Shown one piece after another: positions 19,569-26,976 of a DNA stretch of 32,000 nt. How positions within the stretch are numbered: the stretch's first letter is position 1; each line of letters begins with the position of its first letter. The stretch comes from Ferroglobus placidus DSM 10642 (lineage in GTDB: Archaea > Halobacteriota > Archaeoglobi > Archaeoglobales > Archaeoglobaceae). The position numbers and the translations under genes are program-made. Under the pieces are notes generated by a model, which saw nothing but the letters and a program-made list of their open reading frames with translations, was not told the DNA's origin and did not search any database. The stretch covers positions 840,001 through 872,000 of the forward strand of contig NC_013849.1 in assembly GCF_000025505.1 (NCBI RefSeq), in the 5' to 3' direction.

Positions 19569-19877
19569 ATGAGGGAGTACAAGTTCAAAAGAGGTTACAA
19601 AGCCACGGCGGAAAGGCTCGAAGAGATGCTGAAAAAGCACTTTGGAGAATTCAGGAAGGATGGAGAGAAGTACATCGTGAGCTTCGGAGCTATGGAAGAA
19701 ATGGTGGCATGGATTGAGAACAAAAAGCTATACGTTGAAACGAGAACGAACAAAAACGTTCCCGACGACGTAGCTCTCGAAACCATAAAAAGGTACAACA
19801 AGTTCTTGGAGGAGCTGACGGGATACACAGCCAAGGAGAGAAGGAAACAAATGATGAAAGAGGTAGAGGAAGGTTAA
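19569..19877 (+). CDS. Conserved archaeal small protein (DUF5611-like)
   Basis: 102 aa from MREYKFKRGYKATAERLEEMLKKHFGEFRKDGEKYIVSFGAMEEMVAWIENKKLYVETRT; ORF track start at 19518 would overlap the divergent gene. Confidence 0.6.
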   Translation: MREYKFKRGYKATAERLEEMLKKHFGEFRKDGEKYIVSFGAMEEMVAWIENKKLYVETRTNKNVPDDVALETIKRYNKFLEELTGYTAKERRKQMMKEVEEG

Positions 19878-19946
19878 TTTTTTGCCAAATACCAACTCTT
19901 CAGAATGCAGATCATGGATAACGTTTATAAGCATTGAAACAATAGG

Positions 19947-20150
19947 TCAGTAAAACGATACGAAAAGGGCCCGTAGCCTAGCTAGGATAAGGCGGCAGCC
20001 TCCTAAGCTGCAGATCGCGGGTTCAAATCCCGCCGGGCCCGCTCCCAAAAACGATTCGTAAACTGCTATTAGCTCGATAATCTTCGTTTCGAGTAGATCT
20101 GAAATGTTGGCGTTCAGAGATTCAGCAATTTGCTTCAATTTCCTCCACAA
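19947..20150 (-). pseudogene. Possible int(N) fragment of a tRNA-targeting archaeal tyrosine integrase, running antisense into tRNA-Arg
   Basis: MWRKLKQIAESLNANISDLLETKIIELIAVYESFLGAGPAGFEPAICS...; a coherent 35-40 aa helical segment lies before the antisense-tRNA part (GAGPAGFEPA), an arrangement seen in integrases whose att site lies inside int. Start codon is TTG and uncertain. Confidence 0.4.
19967..20041 (+). tRNA. tRNA-Arg, anticodon CCT
   Basis: Acceptor GGGCCCG/CGGGCCC, anticodon arm GCAGC-CTCCTAA-GCTGC, T arm GCGGG-TTCAAAT-CCCGC, discriminator G; TATA-like tttataag about 40 nt upstream. Confidence 0.95.
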
Positions 20151-20194
20151 ATCCTCTCTTACCCTTTTTTAAGAATAAAAAGGTTTGCACCAAA

Positions 20195-20214
20195 ACCTTA
20201 GCGAGTTCTAAGGT
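20195..20214. repeat. Inverted repeat, 7-bp arms, 6-nt loop (ACCTTAG-cgagtt-CTAAGGT)
   Basis: Read directly from sequence. Confidence 0.6.
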
Positions 20215-20247
20215 GATAACGAGGGGGAGCTGCCTAAACTCGATAGC

Positions 20248-20278
20248 TTTAAATATGTGTGCTTACATAACACATATT
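20248..20278 (+). promoter_or_regulatory. TATA-like element overlapping a perfect 9-bp-arm palindrome, putative operator of the downstream TA module
   Basis: tttaaata followed by AATATGTGT-gcttacata-ACACATATT (palindrome 20252..20278), ending 2 nt before the ATG at 20281. Confidence 0.7.
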
Positions 20279-20280
20279 GA

Positions 20281-20591
20281 ATGGCAAAATTGCTCGTGGA
20301 TTACAAGGAGGTCAACGATCATGGGGACATTATTCGGATCAATATTTGAAGGGTTCCGAAGTCCGAGGATTTTCCCGAGGTGTGAAGTACTCGATGGCTT
20401 ACGTTCACGTTGAAGGCGAAAGCTACAGGAGAGTTCTCGGCTACGACAACGAAAGGGGATAAGGACACCACAGACACTTCTTCGATAAAGAGGAGGGAAT
20501 AGAGTTTGAAAGCGTCGAAAAGCTGATTGAGAGGTTCTTCGAGGATGTTAAAATCGTGGAGGAGGTGCTGTATGGTAAAGTTGAGGATTGA
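20281..20591 (+). pseudogene. Degenerate toxin of DUF6516/TumE-like family
   Basis: MAKLLVDYKEVNDHGDIIRINI(TGA 20347)-RVPKSEDFPRG-(frameshift before 20382)-VKYSMAYVHVEGESYRRVLGYDNERG(TAA 20460)GHHRHFFDKEEGIEFESVEKLIERFFEDVKIVEEV. The pieces reassemble across frames into one family-like protein. Confidence 0.75.
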
Positions 20592-20943
20592 GATCGGGAG
20601 GAGAGATAGTAGGGAGGAACTTTTGGAGGTAGCGAGGAGAATCGATGAAGGAGAGGATGTGGAGTTCGAGAGAATCGTTTTCGAGAGTTACGAAGCGCTC
20701 AGAAAAATTCTGACTCCGGAAAGGTTGAAGATTCTGCACGTGATAAAAGAGAAGAATCCGAAAAGCGTTTACGAACTGGCTAAGTTGTTGGGGAGGAACA
20801 GGAGGAACGTGATCAAGGATCTGGAAATTCTCGAAATGCTCGGACTCGTCAAATTCGTGGAAGAGAAAAAAGGTAAGAGGAGAAGAAAGGTTCCTGTCGT
20901 TCCCTACGATGAGATCGAAGTGAGCATTCCCGTCGTTGGCTGA
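20572..20943 (+). CDS. HTH antitoxin/regulator (TumA-like partner of the DUF6516 toxin)
   Basis: 123 aa, MVKLRIEIGRRDSREELLEVARRIDEGEDV...VYELAKLLGRNRRNVIKDLEILEMLGLVKFVEEKKGKRRRKVPVVPYDEIEVSIPV; winged-HTH; ATG overlaps the 3' end of the toxin frame. Confidence 0.75.
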   Translation: MVKLRIEIGRRDSREELLEVARRIDEGEDVEFERIVFESYEALRKILTPERLKILHVIKEKNPKSVYELAKLLGRNRRNVIKDLEILEMLGLVKFVEEKKGKRRRKVPVVPYDEIEVSIPVVG

Positions 20944-21032
20944 TGTCATTCTATGGGGAAATTCAAGGTGGAATGGGAAACTTATTCTGGATGAGATAAG
21001 ATTATTAACGTTCATTTCCAATACTTTGACGT

Positions 21033-21218
21033 ATGTCTGCGGATGTCCAAGAATTGATGAAGCGAGTTGAAAAGTTGGAGAAATACTTTGAATCGCTAAT
21101 AGAGATAAATCTTGAACTAATTGAAGAGGAAGAAGCGGAAGATTGGGAAATTAAAGATCTTGAAAAGAGAAGAAAGGATGAATTCGTAGATTGGGAGTCT
21201 GTTAAGGATGAGTTATGA
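21033..21218 (+). CDS. RelB-like antitoxin
   Basis: 61 aa acidic helical protein MSADVQELMKRVEKLEKYFESLIEINLELIEEEEAEDWEIKDLEKRRKDEFVDWESVKDEL; overlaps downstream toxin start. Confidence 0.75.
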   Translation: MSADVQELMKRVEKLEKYFESLIEINLELIEEEEAEDWEIKDLEKRRKDEFVDWESVKDEL

Positions 21219-21474
21219 AAATCGAATTCTAATATCGAAATCGGCACTTAAAGAGTTGAAAAGCCTTCCTGAAAGTGTGAGAAGGATCATAAAGGACAGA
21301 ATTTCGAAGCTCGCTTATTTTCCTCTTGCTCGACTCGATGTTAAGAAGCTGAGAGGTTATCAAAATGTCTACAGGATGCGAGTCGGTGACTATAGAGTCA
21401 TATTTGAGTATTCAAAGGAGAACAGAACAATTCGAATTCTCAAAATAGGTAAAAGAGAGTCCGTTTACGATTGA
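21208..21474 (+). CDS. RelE/ParE family toxin
   Basis: 88 aa; ILISKSALKELKSLPESVRRIIKDRISKLAYFPLARLDVKKLRGYQNVYRMRVGDYRVIFEYSKENRTIRILKIGKRESVY. Confidence 0.92.
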   Translation: MSYENRILISKSALKELKSLPESVRRIIKDRISKLAYFPLARLDVKKLRGYQNVYRMRVGDYRVIFEYSKENRTIRILKIGKRESVYD

Positions 21475-21524
21475 TATAAATGCTCTTTGAGTTCTTCTTC
21501 GCTAAACTCCTCAAATTTCTTGCC

Positions 21525-21839
21525 TCAAGGAGAGATCGGGAACTTACCTATCAGCTTCACATATTCCTCCTTTGCTATCCTCTTGAGGTTGTAGTAGTGA
21601 GCTTCTCCGACGGTTGCCGGAGAATGTCCGACGATGAAGCGAAGAGCTTCGGTCTTAGCCACGTGTTCGATGGCGAAGTTCTGGAACCACGCTCTAATTC
21701 CCAAAGCTGAAGTTGGATTATCTTCGCGAGGGTTCCATCTTGCCGGTGCGAATCTCTTCTCGTAAGTTGCAACGGTGAAGCCGGAAATCCTCTTCAGTTT
21801 CTTGCAAACTCCGCCGGCATGAACGCAAAAACAATTCAT
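21525..21839 (-). pseudogene. C-terminal catalytic fragment of an archaeal (SSV/pNOB8-like) tyrosine recombinase
   Basis: ...ALGIRAWFQNFAIEHVAKTEALRFIVGHSPATVGEAHYYNLKRIAKEEYVKLIGKFPIS: GHxxxxxxxxHYYN..EEY pattern of archaeal integrase C-termini; N-terminal half absent. Confidence 0.65.
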
Positions 21840-22568
21840 TAGCTCTCCCGAGAACGTTTTTATTTGTGGTCGATGACCATTTCCTTTAGCTCATCAAGCG
21901 TATCGGCTTCAGCGTAAATAGTAATCCAACGCCCTCGCTGTAAATCCTTAATCAGCAAGAAAGGATTTGGGATTTCAAGTTGAGCATGTACTAAGGTTAA
22001 GATGCTCTTTCTCCTTGAAGTTTCGTAACTTGCTAAAAAGCTTAAAGCAACTCGAATATGGCCAACATTCAAAAAGCGATCAAAGAAAGAAGTGTGACCA
22101 ATAACTCAGGAAGCGTTTCAATTTTGAAGACGCATTCAATTACACCTGAGCTGCAGATTTCAGATATTAGTTTTTCAACCACGCTAACTTTAACGCCTAA
22201 CATTTTAAGTACATCGGAGTGAACTATCAACTGTGGCTGAACTAATATGGTGTTGGAAGAGAAAATTCAAAATTCCGGTTTACATGTGCGAGAAATTTAC
22301 CTGTAAGCACCATTTGATAAACGGAGGAATCTGCTCTCCAGAAGCCGAGATAAAAAGGCTTGAAAAAGAATAGTTACTGCGATATTCTGCTCGTTTTAAA
22401 CTCCTACGATCGCGAAAAAATTTCTCTTCTCAACCAGTACTGGAGTGCACTTTCGTTAGGTATAGGGATACTGCTGCTTTTCATCGGACTGATTATTTAC
22501 TTCTCTTTGTCGGACTTGTAATAGGCAAAATTTCCATTACATTATCACATCTAATTGCCGTTGCAGTT

Positions 22569-23015
22569 TTGTATGTTCCCGCAGCAATAGTTTTACTCGT
22601 TTGGCTCCTCCTAAAAATAGGATTTGAAATTTCTCCTATTGAGAAATTTCTCAACATCCTTGTGTATATCGCTGTTTCTTGGATTCTCATGGAACATATT
22701 GAGATCACAATTAAACCCGCGTTCACCTATGCAGAATTCGGGATTATCTCTCTAATCGTCTCTATCATGATATTCGCCGCCGCAGTCTCTATTTTTAAGT
22801 ATAGAAGTCGCATGAAAATTCACATGCTTCTTCTGATCAATTTACATCCGTTGCTGAATGGTGTTTTTGTAACCTTTACATTCATAAGTTTAGCTGGAAT
22901 TTCCGCAAGTTTGGGGAAGTTTTTTACCCACGTTTTCTCTTGTCTCGTTGGAGCTTTAGTGATCGTTTATTTCGTAACCTCTTTCATGGCAAGTGTTCGC
23001 GTTTATTTGAAATAA
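22569..23015 (+). CDS. Hypothetical multi-pass membrane protein
   Basis: 148 aa, about 4 TM segments (MYVPAAIVLLVWLLLKIGFE...ALVIVYFVTSFMASVRVYLK); true start may be further upstream. Confidence 0.45.
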   Translation: MYVPAAIVLLVWLLLKIGFEISPIEKFLNILVYIAVSWILMEHIEITIKPAFTYAEFGIISLIVSIMIFAAAVSIFKYRSRMKIHMLLLINLHPLLNGVFVTFTFISLAGISASLGKFFTHVFSCLVGALVIVYFVTSFMASVRVYLK

Positions 23016-23065
23016 CCCTTTTCCAAAAGTGAAACCCTTGTCAAGATGAGCTGTTTCAATATCTC

Positions 23066-23263
23066 TCAAAGCTTTTCCACGAATTCTCTTTGCCTCCCTT
23101 CAAGCTCTGGCAGAAAAATTTCTATTCCAACAACCTCGCTTTTTTCGTCTAAAAAAAATAAGGTTTGAGAGATAACGGTTTCAGTAGAGTTTGATCCAGA
23201 CGTCAATGCTATGTTTATGATATCCAAAAGGGGGAAAATTGCAGAACTAAATCCTTTAGCCAA
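23066..23263 (-). CDS. Possible DUF2283-like small protein or fragment
   Basis: DIINIALTSGSNSTETVISQTLFFLDEKSEVVGIEIFLPELEG resembles the DVLYIRL...ETVEVSPGVILDYDEEGNVVGIEIL pattern. Confidence 0.4.
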   Translation of the reverse strand: MAKGFSSAIFPLLDIINIALTSGSNSTETVISQTLFFLDEKSEVVGIEIFLPELEGRQREFVEKL

Positions 23264-23538
23264 TGGTTTTAGGAAGTCGTCACAAAAGAAGAATTCGAGC
23301 GCCAGTTTAAGGATCTAACTAAAAAACAAACCACTATCTAAAGGACTTGCTCGGTATCTGTGCTCATTTGTGGATGCTTTTCTTGCAGCAACAAATACGT
23401 CAAAATCTCACAGAACTCATGCCAAATCTTCCCACATTCCAGCCCTAACACTTTCCAGATCCAGCTTGAACAGGCTATTCTGAAGGAAGCAAAAATGAGA
23501 TTAGAAATAATGCAGAACGCACATCTGCTGGTTGGTAG

Positions 23539-23611
23539 TAGCCCCGCCCGGATTCGAACCGGGGTCGCGGGATCCAGAGTCCCGCAGGATTGACCACTAC
23601 CCTACGGGGCT
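23539..23611 (-). tRNA. tRNA-Gln, anticodon CTG
   Basis: - strand: AGCCCCGTAGGGTAGTGGTCAATCCTGCGGGACTCTGGATCCCGCGACCCCGGTTCGAATCCGGGCGGGGCTA; acceptor AGCCCCG/CGGGGCT, anticodon loop CTCTGGA. Confidence 0.92.
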
Positions 23612-23709
23612 TTAATTACTTCTTGCCCGCAATATGTTTATGAAAGTTACGCTACGACCACCTCAACTTAATCCCATATTGTGAGACAACTCCTTCAATT
23701 TGAGAAAAG

Positions 23710-23717
23710 TTTATAAA
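23710..23717 (+). promoter_or_regulatory. TATA box TTTATAAA of the PaaK-like gene (consistent with leaderless mRNA)
   Basis: TTTATAAA begins 30 nt and ends 23 nt before the ATG at 23740. Confidence 0.6.
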
Positions 23718-23739
23718 CTCAAGATCAAACTCTTTTCCA

Positions 23740-24996
23740 ATGATCGAAGACGTTTACAAGGAAGCAAGACGCGGAGTGTACATGAGAAGAAGAGAGATCG
23801 AAAAGATGAAAAATAAGAGATTCAGGGCTATTGTTAGATACGCTTTCTGGAGATCGCCGTTGTACAGAAAAAAGTTCAAAGAAGCAAAGGTTGACGTGGA
23901 CAAGATTAGAACGGTAGAGGACATTGCAAAGCTTCCGTTCACAACTAAGCAGGAGTTGAGAGAGAGCTATCCGTTGAAAGCTGCTGCTGTTCCCAAAGAG
24001 GAAATCGTAAGAATTCAGATGAGCGGAGGCACCACCGGACAGCCGGTAATAATACCTTACACTAGAAAGGACGTTGAGCAGTGGAAAGAGATGATGCTTA
24101 GGGCATTTTACTTAGCTGGAATAACGAGCGAAGACATCATTCAAATAACTCCGGCTTTCGGTTTGTGGAACGGAGGGTTCGGTTTTCACTTTGCAGCCGA
24201 TGCCATAAACGCGTTCGTCATTCCAATAGGTCCGGGAAACACGAGAAATCAGGTGAGATTCATGAAGGATTTCGGCACAACCGTTCTTTGCGCCACCGCA
24301 AGCTACCCTCTGAGAATTGCCGAAGTTGCAAATGAGATGGGAATCGATGTGGCTGAGCTGCCAGTTAGAAAGCTCATCCTCGGAGCCGAACCTTGGAGCG
24401 ACGAGATGAGGAGAGAAATAGAAAGGATCTTCGACGCGAGAACCTACGACATCCCCGGGCTCACGGAGATGGGAGGGGTCGGAACGGTAGGTTTCGAATG
24501 TCCGGAAAGGAGCGGCTTGCACATGTGGGAGGATCAGTACGTAGTGGAGATCGTCGATCCAGAGACAGGAGAAGTGCTCGAAGAGGGGGAAGAGGGTGAG
24601 GTTGTTTACACGTCCCTCAACAGAGAGGCTATGCCCCTAATAAGATACAGAAGCGGCGAGGTGAGCGAAGCTCTTGGAGTTGGGTGTGAGTGCGGAATAG
24701 AGCACATGAAAATCAAAAGGATTAGAGGGAGAGTCGATGACATGGTAATTTATAAAGGAGCGAAGTTCTATCCGAGCGATATCGAGAGAATCTTAGCTAA
24801 CTACGGAATCCTCCACTACAAGATAGAGGTTGGAAACGGAAAAATAAGAGTTATTTACGAATCGGAAAAGGACTTCAGCGGAGAAATTTTGAAGGACATT
24901 CGAGAGTTTCTCGGATTCCAGCCGGAAGTTGTCAGGGTTGATGTCGGAAAGATTGAAAGGTTTGAGGGTAAAGCTAAAAGGTTGGTGAGGGTATGA
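23740..24996 (+). CDS. Phenylacetate-CoA ligase family AMP-forming ligase (PaaK-like)
   Basis: 418 aa; RIQMSGGTTGQPVIIPYTRKD, ILGAEPWSDEMR, YDIPGLTEMGGVGTVGFECPERSGLHMWEDQYVVEIVDP, GRVDDMVIYKGAKFYPSDIE. Confidence 0.9.
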   Translation: MIEDVYKEARRGVYMRRREIEKMKNKRFRAIVRYAFWRSPLYRKKFKEAKVDVDKIRTVEDIAKLPFTTKQELRESYPLKAAAVPKEEIVRIQMSGGTTGQPVIIPYTRKDVEQWKEMMLRAFYLAGITSEDIIQITPAFGLWNGGFGFHFAADAINAFVIPIGPGNTRNQVRFMKDFGTTVLCATASYPLRIAEVANEMGIDVAELPVRKLILGAEPWSDEMRREIERIFDARTYDIPGLTEMGGVGTVGFECPERSGLHMWEDQYVVEIVDPETGEVLEEGEEGEVVYTSLNREAMPLIRYRSGEVSEALGVGCECGIEHMKIKRIRGRVDDMVIYKGAKFYPSDIERILANYGILHYKIEVGNGKIRVIYESEKDFSGEILKDIREFLGFQPEVVRVDVGKIERFEGKAKRLVRV

Positions 24997-25073
24997 TTTT
25001 AGGAGTTATCTACGCTTTGAGCGTAGTTTTAATGGTAGCCGGAGTCCTCATCGCGAGGAGGATGAGAGTTTGA
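24993..25073 (+). CDS. 26-aa single-TM mini-protein upstream of the symporter (symporter small accessory protein-like)
   Basis: MILGVIYALSVVLMVAGVLIARRMRV*; ATG overlaps paaK-like stop (ATGA), stop abuts the symporter start. Confidence 0.6.
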   Translation: MILGVIYALSVVLMVAGVLIARRMRV

Positions 25074-25075
25074 TA

Positions 25076-26482
25076 GTGGAAGCCGTTTTCGTATCATACT
25101 TAATTTTGATGTTCGTTATAGGACTCGCGGAGTACAGAAGAACTAAGGGAACCCTCGACTACTACTTAGCCGGAAAACAGCTCGGAGTTTTCCTCGTGAG
25201 CTTTTCCTTCTTCGCCACGTACTTCTCAACAGCCGCCTTCCTCGGAGGTGGAGGATTCGGTTACGTAGCCGGATTTCAGTGGTCGGCCTTTCTCACTTTC
25301 TTCCACATTCTATTCGCAATTCTCGCATGGGTTTTAATCGCTCCGAAGCTTAAGGAAATAGCCGACAAGCACGGAGCTTTAACGATCCCAGAGATTTTCG
25401 GAGCCAAGTACGGAGAGGCTGCAAGAGTAATCTCAGCTCTCACGATAATTATTTTCTTCTCCTTTTACATGGTCTCGATTTACAAGGGAGCGGGAAACCT
25501 CCTTCAGGTTATGATGAACCTCAGCTACGTGGAAGGACTGGCTATAACAGCCTTAATCGTCGTTTTCTACACTGCCCTCGGAGGATTTAGAGCTGTCGTC
25601 GTCACCGATTTAATTCAGGGCGTGCTAACTTTTCTCGGCGGAATCGCTCTTTTCTCAACCCTCATGATAGTCTTAGGAGGCTTTGAGGCTGTAGAAAAGC
25701 TGAAAACCGTTGAGACGTTTGCCGGGAGTGGAGAGTTGCTTTTCGAAATAGGGAAGCTCGCTCCTCCGCCAGTTATGAAAGCGGGGATGGTTCTGCCCTT
25801 TATTCTCAGCTTAACTTTTGCTATAAGCATCGCCCAGCTCTCAAGCCCTCAACTTGTTGTCAGATTTATAGCGGCGAGGGATCAAAGAGTTATTCGAGGA
25901 GGTATGCTTCTTACTCCAGTAATTATAGGGTTGTTCGCGATGTGCGTCTTCAGCATCGGTCCCTTTGCTTGGTTAATAGTTCCTAAAGAAGAGAGTCTAA
26001 AATTCCTAAAGAACCCGGACTTAGTAGTTCCTTACATAGCGATGAAGCTTTTTCCAGCTGGAGTAAACGCTTTGCTTTTAACAGCGATAATAGCTGCGGC
26101 GATGTCCACGATAAATTCCCTCCTCCACATGATGGCGACGTCCTTTGCAAGAGACGTAATTAAGAAGGACAGCCTTACTCTTACGAGAGCTCTCGTCGTT
26201 CTCTTCGCCTTAATTCCTCTGATAATTGCAGTAAACCCGCCAGACGTCATAGTTGCGATCGTCGGTGTTAGCTTTTCCGTTATAACAGCCACATTCCTCG
26301 TACCGCTTTTAGCAGCTTTGTATTTCAATTCAAAGCCGAGGAGCGTAGTGCTGTCAATGATTGCAGCTCTGATAACATCGGTAGTCTGGTATATGCTCTT
26401 CTACAGAATTTACTGGATTTACCCGGTCGTTCCGGGATTGGTTGCTTCTGCCGTCGTTTTTGCCCTTTCGGAAAAAATATAA
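25076..26482 (+). CDS. Sodium:solute symporter (SSS family)
   Basis: GTG at 25076 preferred (ORF track uses TTG at 25070); FVIGLAEYRRTKGTLDYYLAGKQLG, TYFSTAAFLGGGGFGYVAGFQWS, GGFRAVVVTDLIQG, AAAMSTINSLLHMMATSFARD. Confidence 0.92.
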   Translation: MEAVFVSYLILMFVIGLAEYRRTKGTLDYYLAGKQLGVFLVSFSFFATYFSTAAFLGGGGFGYVAGFQWSAFLTFFHILFAILAWVLIAPKLKEIADKHGALTIPEIFGAKYGEAARVISALTIIIFFSFYMVSIYKGAGNLLQVMMNLSYVEGLAITALIVVFYTALGGFRAVVVTDLIQGVLTFLGGIALFSTLMIVLGGFEAVEKLKTVETFAGSGELLFEIGKLAPPPVMKAGMVLPFILSLTFAISIAQLSSPQLVVRFIAARDQRVIRGGMLLTPVIIGLFAMCVFSIGPFAWLIVPKEESLKFLKNPDLVVPYIAMKLFPAGVNALLLTAIIAAAMSTINSLLHMMATSFARDVIKKDSLTLTRALVVLFALIPLIIAVNPPDVIVAIVGVSFSVITATFLVPLLAALYFNSKPRSVVLSMIAALITSVVWYMLFYRIYWIYPVVPGLVASAVVFALSEKI

Positions 26483-26505
26483 AGTTCAAATTTTTTTCTT
26501 AAAGT

Positions 26506-26976
26506 ATGGAAAAACTCGACAGACTCGATTACCTCATACTTGCCGAGCTTCAAGAGGATGCGAGAAAAAGTTTGAGGGAAATAGCTGAAAAGCTTGGAGT
26601 GGCTGAGGCTACCGTTTACAACCGAATAAACAAGATGAGAAAGCTCGGGATAATAGAGAAGTTCATCCCAGTCATAAACTACTCCAAGCTCGGCTTCGAT
26701 TTGATTGCCGTGATTGGAATATCCGCCGAAGGAGGACACGTCGTCGAGCTGGAGGATTTGCTTGCGAAGGAGCCGAACGTAACGGCAGTTTACGACGTCA
26801 CGGGAGAGTTTGATGTTATAGCCGTGGCAAAATTCAAAGACAGAGACAGTTTGAACAGCTTCGTTAAAAGAATCGCCGGACTTGAACACGTGAAAAAGAC
26901 TTACACGATGGTCGTGCTGAACGTCGTTAAGGAGACGCATTTAATAGACATAAAAAAGTTGTTGTTGGAAGGTTAA
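26506..26976 (+). CDS. Lrp/AsnC family transcriptional regulator
   Basis: 156 aa; LDRLDYLILAELQEDARKSLREIAEKLGVAEATVYNRINKMRKLGII plus RAM-like C-terminal domain. Confidence 0.92.
   Translation: MEKLDRLDYLILAELQEDARKSLREIAEKLGVAEATVYNRINKMRKLGIIEKFIPVINYSKLGFDLIAVIGISAEGGHVVELEDLLAKEPNVTAVYDVTGEFDVIAVAKFKDRDSLNSFVKRIAGLEHVKKTYTMVVLNVVKETHLIDIKKLLLEG

Noticed and set aside
20941-21010. Possible C/D box sRNA (ctgatgtcatt...ttctgg)
   Set aside because: Box C is imperfect and no D or internal C'/D' boxes are found at appropriate spacing.
21860-22072. 70-aa minus-strand ORF ending ...GRWITIYAEADTLDELKEMVIDHK
   Set aside because: The C-terminal end looks protein-like, but I could not match it to a family or to the missing part of the integrase; not called as a gene.
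21840-23540. attR copy of the tRNA-Arg 3' half (cgggttcaaatcccgccgggcccg)
   Set aside because: I looked for it by eye to complete the integrated-element model and did not find it; therefore element right boundary is left undefined.
23360-23593. ORF ending in VGSSPARIRTGVAGSRVPQD
   Set aside because: Its 3' end is the antisense reading of tRNA-Gln and the remainder resembles no protein; considered spurious.
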